This document shows, piece by piece, positions 47,079-59,147 of a stretch of 64,000 nucleotides of DNA. How positions within the stretch are numbered: the stretch's first letter is position 1; every line of letters starts with the position of its first letter. The notes under the pieces were generated by a model. That model was not told where the DNA came from. It did not search any database and saw only the letters and a program-made list of their open reading frames with translations. The stretch comes from Fistulifera solaris (Eukaryota): NCBI GenBank assembly GCA_030295235.1, contig AP026123.1, forward strand, positions 2,294,001-2,358,000, given 5' to 3'. Both the position numbers and the translations under genes were made by a program.

Positions 47079-49469
47079 ATGAGCAGTTACGACGAGAGCC
47101 TGTCGAATGATCCATTCGTGGGAGAATCGTCGCCGGTAGTCGAGGATGCATCCAACAATAATCCATTCTTAGACACGGTCGATAATCCGTTTGCTACTTC
47201 GGATACGAATTCTTCTGCTCCTCCCGCGACGGTAGATTTATCCAACAATCCGTTTGTGGAGGATGATTTACTCGCGGACGACGTTTCTCCGCCACAACAA
47301 CCCTTGGAAGTCAACAACAACAACAATAATCCATTTGTCGACGAGACTCCGGCAACGTCGGAGGAAGACCCGTTCTTTGAAATCGATCCCAATTCCTCAA
47401 CGGATCCAGCTGCGAATGATGTTCCTCCTGGCCCCAAAGAAGGAGAGGAATACTATGATAATGAACAACAGGGTTATTACGATGAGAATGGTGACTACTA
47501 CGAATACGATGAGAATGCCCCGGGCTATTATGATGAGAATGGAGACTTCATTTACTACGACCAGGGCTATTACGATGACGGGTACGGAGGATATCACGAT
47601 GATCCACACGCGCAAGTCACGTACGATGAGCACGGCAATCCGATCGGCATTTACCGCGACGACAAGAAGGGACGACGTCGGGCCCGCAAAAGGAAAAAGA
47701 AAAAACGCAGCATCGATCGAGAGCGACGACGTGCGCGCCGTCGCCAATGGTGTCGCCGATGTCTCCTCATTCTGCTCTGTTTGTTGTGTTGTTTGGGAAT
47801 CTTATTGCTTCTTCTTTGGCTGTTGAGAGACTTGTTCAAAGAAGATGAGATTTGGCGATCTGATGATGTGGCGTTTGACGACGATCTTGGAGTGGTGGGA
47901 CCCTATTTCGGTATTCAAACGACACCCATGGATCCGTACACTCCCGAAGATTGTTACTTTGACGACAACACCTTCCCTCACACACTGAATCAATGCGAAT
48001 GCAATGATCGAATCGAGAAGGTACCGGAAGATGTTATGGCTCTGTACGAACAAATTCGTGAGGACGTGGCCAATGAATTTTACAACGGAACGCTGCGGTT
48101 CCCTGTGGATTCGTGCGATGCCAAGAACCAAGCCTTGATTTGGCTATCCAGTGGAAGCACGCGTGATTCAGGTGATCTTTTCACCCGCTATGCGTTGGCC
48201 ATGTCGTATTACACCATGAACGGAACCAAGTGGGATTTGAAAGACTTATGGTTGTCCGATGACAGTGAATGTCTATGGATTGGACTAGCGTGTAGTGGTC
48301 GTTTCGAGATCAACAACTTTGCCCTCGACACGAATAACATCCATGGAACGTTCCCGACTGAAATCGCATATATGAGCACTCTCCGAACGATTTCGATTAC
48401 GCGAAATCACATTGCAGGAACGCTACCACCCGAAATTGTGAGCATGCCCATGCTCGAAAACTTGATGTTGTATGCGAATGAACTGACTGGATCAATACCG
48501 TCCGAAATCGGGAAGGCTTCAAGCCTAAAGATTCTCCGTCTCAATACCAACTTTTTGTTCGGAACACTGGTGACCGAAATTGGGCAAGTCTCCACACTGC
48601 AGGAAGTCGGCCTAGGTTTCAACGATTTCATTCGTCATATTCCCACAGAGTTCGGCAATCTAACGAACTTGAAAACAATCGATCTTGAGTCGAATCGTTT
48701 TTCGGGAACGTTTCCGACCGAGTTCGGCAAGTTAACCAAGTTGGAGCATCTTCGATGGACCACCAACTTGATGAAAGGTCCTCTGCCCACCGAGCTGGCA
48801 CATCTCACCCATTTGAAGGAATTCCGTGTCGCCAACACGGGATTGGGTGGCCAAATTCCTACTGAACTCGCCAAGTTGAAAAAGTTGGATCGGTTGGAAC
48901 TGGGAAAGAATAACTTTTCGGGTGTGCTAATGACTCACATAGGTCTTCTCAAGAATCTTACCTTTCTTGGATTGGATGATAACAAGTTCACCGGTGAACT
49001 CCCTTCTGAGTTAGGAGAGCTCACCAAGTTAACACGCTTACTGTTGAGTGGAAACGAGTTCCGCGGAGATATCCCCTCCGAGTTGGGTAACATGGTCATG
49101 CTCGAGAATCTTAGTTTCGACGACACGTTCCTGGGAGGAACCATGCCTGACGAAGTCTGCTCTCTACGAGCCGGAAAGTTGGGCCTCCTTGTGGTGGATT
49201 GTCTATCCGCCAATGGAGTTGGTGTTGATTGTGACTTGGAGCATTGCTGTACATTCTGTCGACGTAGTGAAGCCAACAGTGATCGTATTCCGGGAGCCGG
49301 GAAGAATGAAACGGCTAATGAGGACGCAGGGCAACCAGCAGGAGGCGATAGTCCCGGTGATTCTGAAGCCACGGAAGAACCAGAAGGCGTAGGAGACGAA
49401 ACTGCAGCTCCAAATGAAACATCACCTCCGGATGACCCAGCCACCCCTGCGCCAGGAGGCGGTCGGTAG
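47079..49469 (+). CDS. Type II membrane leucine-rich-repeat protein (receptor-like, no kinase)
   Basis: Acidic N-tail, basic stretch, Cys-rich TM (CLLILLCLLCCLGILLLLLWLL), NQALIWL, RYALA, ECLWIG LRR cap, about 12 plant-type LRRs (LTGSIPSEIG, FSGTFPTEFG), C-terminal Cys cap. Confidence 0.88.
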   Translation: MSSYDESLSNDPFVGESSPVVEDASNNNPFLDTVDNPFATSDTNSSAPPATVDLSNNPFVEDDLLADDVSPPQQPLEVNNNNNNPFVDETPATSEEDPFFEIDPNSSTDPAANDVPPGPKEGEEYYDNEQQGYYDENGDYYEYDENAPGYYDENGDFIYYDQGYYDDGYGGYHDDPHAQVTYDEHGNPIGIYRDDKKGRRRARKRKKKKRSIDRERRRARRRQWCRRCLLILLCLLCCLGILLLLLWLLRDLFKEDEIWRSDDVAFDDDLGVVGPYFGIQTTPMDPYTPEDCYFDDNTFPHTLNQCECNDRIEKVPEDVMALYEQIREDVANEFYNGTLRFPVDSCDAKNQALIWLSSGSTRDSGDLFTRYALAMSYYTMNGTKWDLKDLWLSDDSECLWIGLACSGRFEINNFALDTNNIHGTFPTEIAYMSTLRTISITRNHIAGTLPPEIVSMPMLENLMLYANELTGSIPSEIGKASSLKILRLNTNFLFGTLVTEIGQVSTLQEVGLGFNDFIRHIPTEFGNLTNLKTIDLESNRFSGTFPTEFGKLTKLEHLRWTTNLMKGPLPTELAHLTHLKEFRVANTGLGGQIPTELAKLKKLDRLELGKNNFSGVLMTHIGLLKNLTFLGLDDNKFTGELPSELGELTKLTRLLLSGNEFRGDIPSELGNMVMLENLSFDDTFLGGTMPDEVCSLRAGKLGLLVVDCLSANGVGVDCDLEHCCTFCRRSEANSDRIPGAGKNETANEDAGQPAGGDSPGDSEATEEPEGVGDETAAPNETSPPDDPATPAPGGGR

Positions 49470-49625
49470 AGGATGCATTGGTTGTTGATATTATTGTCGC
49501 CTGAAGAAAGTAAGGACTTGATTAATTAGATATTGCACTTTACTTTGATATTGCGCTTTCACTTTACTTTTTTATGGAAGACGAGTGTTCCTAGTGTTCA
49601 GCCAGAGACATCTAGAGAGAGGAAG

Positions 49626-49994
49626 TGTTGAATAACCAGTCACGCACGTGTCTACAATAAACGGAAAGACATGTGCACTACATATTACATGATACTGAAA
49701 AACGAGAAGCGAACAGCAATCTACCTAATCCCGAATCCTCGTTATTCAAAGAACTAACAGCTGCCGAAGGAACCTAAACTATTACTGACAAAGAACAATG
49801 CCAGCAGCTTCTGCATATTCTACATGAATCAAATGAGAACAATGAAGAGACAAACAAGAATTCAAATCAATAGGATAACTTCATTTACTAGCTCATAATT
49901 TTAACAAGCAATCCGTTTGCAGCAATCCGTTTGCACCAAGTTAATTTTGTCAAGCCCAATCCATAGACGGCTCCGGCACCTGTGGATTTCAAGA
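49626..49994 (+). repeat. 5' LTR (369 bp)
   Basis: TGTTGAA...TTCAAGA; no differences from the 3' copy found by eye; internal 14-bp tandem duplication AGCAATCCGTTTGC at 49907-49934. Confidence 0.96.
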
Positions 49995-50059
49995 CGCTTC
50001 CTCTGCGCCAAGTGACCATAAAGCTCCGCACTTTATAACAACTACTTCGTTCCGACGAA

Positions 50060-51335
50060 ATGGCTGACGCTAACGCGAACAACGCCAACCAAAACCTCGC
50101 TGCTCCCGTAGCAGTAGCCTTTGCTCTAAGCCCGGCTTGAGCACCCACCATGTCATCGACTTCTCTACTCGCGAAGGATCTCGCCTCTACGAAATGGCGA
50201 CCAAGCAGATTGGAGATGAACGATTCGACTGCGATCCCGGTCGACATGCGCTCCTTCATCGAAGGACTTAGCATCCGTGCTAGCAACTTTGGTTGGGGGC
50301 CGATCTTCAACATCCCCGACGATATCGAAGCCATTGAGCCTGTCCAGAACACCACCAACCTCCTCTCCAACTACGGAGACATTACTTTGGAGCACATTCA
50401 AGCTCACGCACGCACATACATCGGTACCCAGACCCGTGCAGCGAAGACTCCTACATGGCAGCCAACTGCCTCATTTCCTCTCTAAGCCCAGCCGCCATCG
50501 ATCGCATCACGATCTGGCGGGACCAGTACACCTTTGATGGTATCCCCAGCGGGCCTTGCCTGTTCAAAGTCATCATCCGTGAGACTTACATTGACACAAA
50601 TGCAACGGTCACGCACATTCGCACGCAGCTCTCCAGTTTGGACCAGTACTTACCTAAGATTCAGCACAACATCACCAAGATGAACCAGCAAGTTAAACAG
50701 CTATTGGAAGGCTTGGCAGCGCGAGGAGAAACCACAAACGATCTTCTTGCGAATCTCTTTAAGGGTTACAAGGCAGCCTCCGATCGCACCTTTGTCAACT
50801 ACATCCTGAAGAAAGAAGAAGATTACCACGAAGGTCTTCCGATGACACCGGATCACCTCATGAACCTAGCAGATAACAAGTACAAGACCTTGGTACAACT
50901 TTCTCTGTGGAACGCGCCTTCGCCGGGAAGAAGAAAAGATTCTCGCATTGGAGGCAAAACTCCAAAAGTTGGAAAGCAAAAGAAGACCGAAAACAAGCCA
51001 AAGCATCAAGCCAAAAGCAAACCCCAGCGCAACAGAAACACTCCCAAGCCAGACTGGATGTCGGCGCCTCCAAAGGATGACGAACCCAAGCAGAAAACAG
51101 TTGAGGGAAGCGAGTACTTCTGGTGCGAAAAGCATAACTCATGGGGCAAACACAAGACGGTTGATTGTCGCCAAGCCAACATCCGCAGACCGGGAGTCTC
51201 CAAACCCGAAGCTGAAGAAAGAGCGACTCGTCAAAGCGCTAGCTGCACTCCTCAATGACAGCGACAGCGATGAGGACAACAACGTAGATGAGTATTCGGA
51301 CGCCAAGTGACAACGAAGCAAGCGACAGTGAATGA
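50060..51335 (+). CDS. gag: Copia gag (frameshifted in this assembly)
   Basis: FALSP, SGPCLFKVIIRETYIDTNAT, NLFKGYKAASD, ADNKYK, zinc-knuckle-like YFWCEKHNSWGKHKTVDC, acidic tail. Confidence 0.8.
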
Positions 51336-54300
51336 CTTACCAAGTCTATCTGGCGGTACCTCAGCTTCAGCTGGGACTGGCTTCTTGCCTGCACCGCAAC
51401 CCTGATCTACTGCTTGTTCTTTGACCATGTTAATGACATTGCGACTCGCTACATTCCTAAACGACTTCGAAAGGAAACCATTAGTAAGCGATTGAAAACA
51501 CTTGGTCAACGGGTCTGCAGTCCAATTCAGACTTACCTGGTCCGCATTCACACAGTATGGATACGAAATTCCACGACCCGAACGGTCCTTCACAAGAGGC
51601 GAAAAGCAGCAAGGCAGGCACTCTACTTTTCTCATACACCACTCATTCGATTCCGCAATCCAATAGCCAGATGGTGGAGACAATGGAAACTGCGTCAAAG
51701 GAGATATGTGTTAATGATGACAGCGATGTGTTACAGTGCAAACGCGGTCCCACAAGTACTTACCAAGACTTTTGATACCGATTCAGTTCCAATTGGTGTC
51801 GACAATAGATGCTCAGCGTGCATCTCCCATGTCGCGACGGACTTTGTTGGAAAACTACAGGAGACCAACTTGATTATCAAAGGCTTTGGCGGTAACCGCA
51901 CCAGCAATGTGATGAAAGGCACTCTGAAATGGTCATGGGAAAATGATGAGGGCAAGATGACATCATTCACGATTCCAAACTCATACTACGTACCAGACGG
52001 CAAAGTTCGACTTCTATCACCGCAACATTGGGCAAAATACACCGGAAACAAACTCTCTGGATGTGATACCACGAGCAAACATGCGATTCTGTATTGGGGC
52101 AGCAACAAGAAAACAATTCCGATTGATCCACGTTCAAACGTTGCGCGTTTACTCCGCCCCCTGGCTTCCGCGAATTTCGAAACCTTCTGCTTCGAAGCAT
52201 CGATTCCTGACGATGAAGACGACAATCCGCTTTGTTTCGATGCAAACACAGTCGACACAACACCTTCAGAGGGAGCGAGCGCAGATTCAGAGGGAGCTGA
52301 ACCATTTCGCAGCCGCACAGTTGACTTCGAGTTCGACGGCAATCAACAATAACACAAACCGGTCATACAGGAAAGTGACACAACAACAAGTCAAACAGTT
52401 CCAGCAGCCGAATTGCTCACTTACCATCGTCTTTATGGTCATGCGCCGATGGAGAAGCTTCAGGAATTGGCGAAGCAAGGAGTTATTCCACGCCGACTTG
52501 CAACGTGTCCGACACCGGTGTGCACCGCCCTGTTTTTACGGAAAAGCAACAAAGCGTCAGTGGCGAACGAAACCAGCTAAACAAAGCAAAACCCTTCACA
52601 AGCCTACTCACCCCGGCGAAGTTGTTGCTGTGGATCAAATGGTATCACCCACGCCTGGCCTCATTGCGCAGCTCACAGGAATCTTGACGACAAAACGCTA
52701 TTTGTACGCCACCGTCTTCGCCGACCTTTATTCCAGCTTGAGTTATGTTCACCTGCAAAAGACACAAAGTGCGAGTGAGACCTTGGAAGCAAAACACGCT
52801 TTTGAACAATACGCTCGAAATTGTGGAGTCGAAAAGATCAAACACTATCATGCCGACAATGGAATTTTCAATTCGAACACTTGGGTCAACGATTGCGTAA
52901 CAAACGGTCAGGGACTTTCCTTTGCAGGAGTTGGAGCACATCATCAAAATGGCAAAGCTGAACGCCGCATAGGACAATTGCAAGAACTCACTCGAGCGAT
53001 GCTGATCGATGCACAACACAAGTGGCCGCAAGCCATCACAACTCACCTGTGGCCTTATGCTTTGCTAGCATGGCAAACGATTCCATCAACCACATGCCAA
53101 ACATGAAGCACCCTGAGCGCCGTACTCCTTATCAACTCTTCGCCAACACGGATATTCATTCGAATCCAATTCATTGGAAACCATTCGGTTGCCCAGTATT
53201 TGTTCTTGACGCCGCTTCAAGGAGGAAAAAGTCGGATATTTCACAAATGGCGTCTGCGCTCACATCTCGGAATTTATTTGGGACGTTCTCCAGTACACAG
53301 CCGTTCTGTCGCCCTGGTACTGAACCCAGACACAGGACTCGTCAGTCCCCAGTTTCACGTCAAATTTGATTCGAAATTCCAAACTGTTCCGGACCTTGCA
53401 AAAACATGTTTGTGGCAACTCAAAGCCGGTTTTATTGCCGCTCCAAGCGCAAATCCTCAACAATCCACGCCTGCATTGTCGGATACACCTACTACTACAC
53501 CACCGACCTCTCTCCGTTACCGATGCCGCTGCCGACCGCACCACCTGATGACAATGTTCCGTCCACCGATCGTCAACCGGAACCACTTTCCTCTCCATCG
53601 CCACCACAATCTCAGAGGGAGAGACGCAGCACTCGCCAACGACGTCCCGTTACTCGATTAATAGAGATTATGATCGCAATGTTCGCTAGTGAACTCAGTC
53701 AATCATCGGCCGACATCAAAGGGGAACTTTTTGCTTACGAATCTCTTCAAACCGCCTCAGCAAAACTCAATCCACCGGATCCATTCTATGTTTTCAAAAC
53801 TTCAATGTATTTGCATCAAGCTCGCAAACAACCCGATCGAGGATCAAATGGCAAATGGAAATTTCTCATTGTTTCCAAGGAGTCAAGTTCCAGAGGGAGC
53901 AACGATTCTACCAACAGTATGGCAACTTCGCCGCAAACGAGACATTATGACACGCCGAAGTCAAGAAGTGGAAAGCGACTGACTATTGATGGGTCACGGA
54001 TGAAATATGGTCAGCGACTATGAATTGACCTACTCTCCGGTTGCTAATTGGACTTCAATCCGCTTGTTACTAGCAATGGTGATCATACATGGTTGGCATA
54101 CTGAAGCAACTCGATTATGTTCAGGCATTTCCTCAGGGCGCCGCGCGACAAAGAAATTTATCTGTCCATTCCGAAAGGATATACAATACACGGAGCATCC
54201 CCGGACGATTATGTTCTGAAAGTCCACAAGAATGTTTATGGAGCAAAGGATGCAAGTCGAACATGGTTCCTTTATTTGCGAAAGAAACTATTTGAGATCG

Positions 54301-55370
54301 GTTTCAAGCAATCGGAATACGACGAATGTGTGTTTTACTACAAGAGCACGATGTATGTTCTATATACCGACGACAGTATTCTTGGAGGTCCTAATGAAAA
54401 GGAAATTGAGGAAATTATTGAAAAGATGAAACAGATCAAACTAGACATTACAGTTGAGGGAGATTTATCGGATTTTCTGGGAGTTAATATCAACAGGATC
54501 GGGTGAATCAACAATTGAATTGAAACAGCCACATCTCATCGACCGATAATCAAAGACATGAAATTCGACCAGAAGGAAGTTAAAACAAAGGATATTCCAA
54601 TGGCATCATCGAAGCTACTTTCGCAGCATCCCAAATCGCCGCCATTTGACAAAAGTTTTCATTACACTTCAGTCATCGGAAAAATGAACTACCTGACGCG
54701 AGGATCCAGGCCAGACATCGCCTATGCGGTACATCAATGCGCACGCTTTGCATCAAACCCAAGGAAAGAACATGGAGATGCAATGAGATGGCTTACAAAG
54801 TATCTGATAGGGACAAGGGACAAAGGAATGATTCTACACCCAGACGTCTCTAGAAGCTTGGAAGTTCATGTCGACGCCGATTTCGCAGGCAATTGGGATC
54901 CAGAGATCGCTTTTGAGGACCGAAACACAGCTCGCTCCAGACACGGATTTTTCATCACCTATGCCGGAGTATTGTTGCATCACAAGAGTCAACTTCAGAC
55001 AGAGATTGCATTGAGTTCCACCGAGAGCGAATTCACCGGATTGAGCTACGCACTCAGAGATGCAATTCCTATCATGAACACTTTGAAGGAGATGCAATCA
55101 CTCGGATTTGATGTGAAAGAGTGGAGGCCAAAAGTCCATTGCAAAGTATTTGAGGACAACTCGGGAGCTCTGGAAATCGCAAAAGTTCCGAAGGCTCGAC
55201 CAAGGACGAAGCATTTGAATGTCAAACTGCACCATTTTCGGTCATACGTTGACAGCGGAGATATAACAATCCACAAAATCGATACTCTCGAACAAGTTGC
55301 GGATATTCTAACGAAACCACTCACATTTGATCTCTTTGCCAAACATCGGAAGGCAATTCTCGGATGGTGA
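51336..55370 (+). CDS. pol: Copia pol (protease, integrase, RT, RNase H) with many frameshifts
   Basis: PR IGVDNRCSACIS and RLLSPQHW; IN H..YGH...C..C, VAVDQ, HADNG, QNGKAERRI; RT LDYVQAFPQ, YGAKDASRTW, LYTDDS; RH VDADFAG, SSTESE, FEDNSG, ADILTK. Confidence 0.92.
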
Positions 55371-55390
55371 GATCGCAGTTCGAGAGGGAG

Positions 55391-55759
55391 TGTTGAATAA
55401 CCAGTCACGCACGTGTCTACAATAAACGGAAAGACATGTGCACTACATATTACATGATACTGAAAAACGAGAAGCGAACAGCAATCTACCTAATCCCGAA
55501 TCCTCGTTATTCAAAGAACTAACAGCTGCCGAAGGAACCTAAACTATTACTGACAAAGAACAATGCCAGCAGCTTCTGCATATTCTACATGAATCAAATG
55601 AGAACAATGAAGAGACAAACAAGAATTCAAATCAATAGGATAACTTCATTTACTAGCTCATAATTTTAACAAGCAATCCGTTTGCAGCAATCCGTTTGCA
55701 CCAAGTTAATTTTGTCAAGCCCAATCCATAGACGGCTCCGGCACCTGTGGATTTCAAGA
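55391..55759 (+). repeat. 3' LTR (369 bp)
   Basis: Direct repeat of 49626-49994, preceded by a polypurine tract. Confidence 0.96.
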
Positions 55760-56050
55760 AGGAAGGCGCGAAAAATTGCGTACTGTAACACGCCGTGTCT
55801 TTTTTTATAAGAAAGTAATACCGTTTTCATTATTTTCCGCTCATTATTATTGTTACTCCGCATTATATTTATTGCCATTTGCTTCATGATGAACTAGATC
55901 TATACATCATCCTTCTTTTGCTTTTCATATATGTTGTATGTTGCAACAACATCGAAATAAAAATCACCAAGTAATCTTTTGTTTCCGCTAACGTACATTT
56001 GGTGAGGCGACATGTTAGCTGGCCGAATAGTAGACGGCCTGACCACGAAA

Positions 56051-58235
56051 ATGTGCCCAAGAATATTCTGCTTTCGACGTCTCACCTGGTTTCTTGGGAC
56101 ACTGATCGTTATAATTCAACTATCAGGCTTGTTCTTGTACGTTAATCGTGGCCAGGATAGCATATTTACCACTCCAGACGTTGTGCTGGATTTCAAGCAA
56201 GAATTTCCTCGCCATTGCCTGTCACCCGAGAGCAAAGTCCCTTGGCCTCTTTCGGGCACTTGCCATTCGCGCGAATTCGGTGTATCGAAAGTATCCAATG
56301 AGCAACGCTCTTGTGGCTTTTGCAAGTCCTCTTATCTACAGGCTATGGCTGCGAGATTGGAACAATATCGTGATTCATGTCAAGATTTAGTAGTCTACGG
56401 TGTGGGTTTTGGTTCCAAGTACACGGAATTCACCCGCGCGACAGCCGATATGGATGAATCGGTGTGTTCGTTCCATTTCGTATTGCCCGAGGACGTCGAT
56501 GCGATTGGAACGTTAAGAGCCAAAAATCAAATTATAGTTCCAGTCAATGTAACAAACATGCCCTACCAGCACATGCGACGAAACGTCAAAATATTCAAAA
56601 TGAGTCCGCTGGATCTATTTCCGTGGGCTGATCGTGTGATATGGCGCGACACGAAGCTATTGCCGAAGAAAATTCTTCCCAGTAGCTACATGAGTTACTT
56701 CAATGATACAATACAGAGCTTCAACGCGTGTGTGAGCTTTGTGAGCCTCCCGGTGCATGATTCCAGCATGGGCCAACAAGTGGAAGATTTGGCGTTTGCT
56801 GAGTACTTAGCGCACTGCGATGCTGTCGTTGCTTCAGCCGTGCATCGGCCCACCGTTTCCGATGGAATAGAAACTGTAATACGACAGTGTCAGCTGACAC
56901 TCCAGCATTACAGACATGAAATTCGAATAAACGGCACCAAGTTTCTGGACCGTTCACTCATTGATGGTGCCTTCATCGTATTTGATCAGCGCAGTTCGAG
57001 ATGTCGAAAGTATAGCGGAGATTTGATGTGCTCCTGGTTAGACGAAGTTCATTGTTTTTCGGATCGTGATCAAGTTAGTTTTGGGCGTGCTTTAGACGTC
57101 AGTGGGGCACGACAGTCGGAAAAAACTACCCAATGGCGATCAAGTGTTCTTTCAAGACAATTTGCCTGCTGTTCACCTGGCACGGTCGGATTGTCACTGG
57201 TATTTTCAAAAGCTGGATACTTGCTATGACACACGATATGAAAAATTGAAAGTGGCCGTGGTTATTGCTGGAAAATATGAAAGATTCGTTTTTAATTCTA
57301 CAATGCATCACCTCTTGGCACCACTAGTGAGGCAAAGTCATGCCGTCGATTTCTTCTTGTCTTTGACGGTAGGCACGACGCCGACTCATCGGTTCCCTGG
57401 CACCTTCTTGCCCGACGTTTTGCTAGAAAATAAAACCGGCAAAGTCTTGGAACAAGTAATTGCTGAGCAAGTACATCGAACGGGGGCCTTTCTACGGACG
57501 CTTCGTGTTTCGAAACCGCTTGACTTAGCAACACAGCCTTTGATTCGAGAAAAGTGGCAACAGCTGGAACAAAAGTACCCCGGCCAAGACCCCTTGGCTT
57601 TATTTCCGGTACTAGATGTACGAAATGACGATGCTAGGAAGCGCAACGCGGTGGGAAATCAAAACCTACTACGCTTATATCGCGCCATAGAGGATCTCTG
57701 GGAGAGTCTGATTGAACAGGAACGTGTTTCTGGGAGCCAATATGACTATGTTATGTTCTGGCGCGATGACGCCCTTTGGATCCGCGACTTGTACTTGAAT
57801 GGTATAATCGCCCGATATGGAGATGTGTTTCTTCCCTCCTGTGATAAAAGAGATCCACCGCTGCATCCTCTTGAAGTGAATGATCATGGACTCATTACGC
57901 GTCGGGCTGTTGCTGAAGTTTTTGGACGGTATTTTTCTGGTTTTTTCCAATTTGATGTCGATGCGTGCGTCGCAAATCTGGCCAACGATTTCACCGAAGA
58001 ACTGAAAGGGGGCTGCAGTGCCGAAATGATGCTTAAATGGACTGCCGATACTCACAATATCACCATCACCAAATTAGGTCAACGCCACATGCCATTTCAG
58101 AGATTTGCGCGCGTGCAAATGATGAATGGGTCCATCACGGAATGCTTTTACGAATATTGTCAAAGTCGGTATGATGGACTCATTTTTGGTTCCAAGCATG
58201 CTAATACAAAAACCTGTCTGGCTTTGGGGGTGTGA
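56051..58235 (+). CDS. Type II membrane protein with a DUF616 (TOD1/MUCI70)-like domain and a second glycosyltransferase-like domain; frameshift in the A-run near 57120-57126
   Basis: N-terminal TM; RRNVKIFKMSPLDLFP, IWRDTKL, WLDEV, SDRDQVSF; second ORF with YDYVMFWRDD and ND. Confidence 0.65.
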
Positions 58236-58516
58236 TAAAATATTTGCGATGCTCAATTATTTTGAGAGATACTTTATTGTAATCCTGGGCTAGAGAGAAC
58301 TATAGAATAGAGAGAGTAAAAAGCCGATGAGACTGTAAAAGCTGCCATCCTGATACTACGCCGGCAATAGGTCCTTTATGTACTATAATTGTCTGACCGA
58401 CACTCGACCCTCAACCGCAAATTTTGCCATAAAAAAGTCAACAACTTCGACGTTGCCATTAAATAATTGCGCTTTGCTTGTCATTTGATATTCGATTGAA
58501 CAATACGTGCATTAGA

Positions 58517-59080
58517 ATGTCATCAAGTCTATTCTTATCACAGAAACTCTTACGTACGAATCCTATCTGGAGACGAACAGCAGTCACAGCGCACTCGGGG
58601 TCCAAGCCAACAATCTCGTTGTTCTCGACCGAAGCTACACCGACGGTGGCTCCGCAAGATGTCCCCTTTCGTTCGGCAAAATCTCGCGACCTATTCCTCC
58701 GTATAACATCTACCTTGTCGAAAGAGGATGTTTCGGAATTATCGCACGCCATTAATCGTCAACTGGGCCGCGTGTTCCGCAAGAACGAATTTTATTATCG
58801 CGGGTTCGGGGGCCGTGTCGCGGGAGGAGGTCCGAAAGCTGCCGAGAAACCAGCGGTCGAAGTAAAATCGACGTTTGATCTCAAATTAGTTGGCTTTGAT
58901 GCGAAAGCCAAGATCAAGGTCATCAAAGAGGTTCGTTCGATTGCTGGTTTAGGCTTGAAAGAATCGAAAGATTTAGTGGAAGGAGTGCCCGCTGTGATTC
59001 AAAAGAATTTGAGCACGGAGAAAGCGGAAGAATTGAAGAAGCTTCTCGAGAGCGTGGGTGCTACCGTCGAACTCGTGTAA
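58517..59080 (+). CDS. MRPL12: Mitochondrial ribosomal protein bL12m (L7/L12)
   Basis: [39 protein letters not shown]...[20 protein letters not shown]-rich presequence. Confidence 0.9.
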   Translation: MSSSLFLSQKLLRTNPIWRRTAVTAHSGSKPTISLFSTEATPTVAPQDVPFRSAKSRDLFLRITSTLSKEDVSELSHAINRQLGRVFRKNEFYYRGFGGRVAGGGPKAAEKPAVEVKSTFDLKLVGFDAKAKIKVIKEVRSIAGLGLKESKDLVEGVPAVIQKNLSTEKAEELKKLLESVGATVELV

Positions 59081-59147
59081 TAGAAAGAGTTGATACATGT
59101 CTATAGTTCTATTAGTACTACAAATTGTTCGCGTGCTAGATGTCGTT

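Larger units (their letters stand above)
49626..55759 (+). mobile_element. Full-length Ty1/copia LTR retrotransposon (diatom CoDi-like)
   Basis: LTRs 49626-49994 and 55391-55759; flanking AGGAAG duplication (49620-49625, 55760-55765); PPT GAGAGGGAG at 55382-55390; domain order gag-PR-IN-RT-RNaseH. Confidence 0.97.

Noticed and set aside
51308..51316. TGA-CAA-CGA as the gag readthrough site
   Set aside because: That frame stops again six codons later; the TGA at 51333 is the one in frame with pol.
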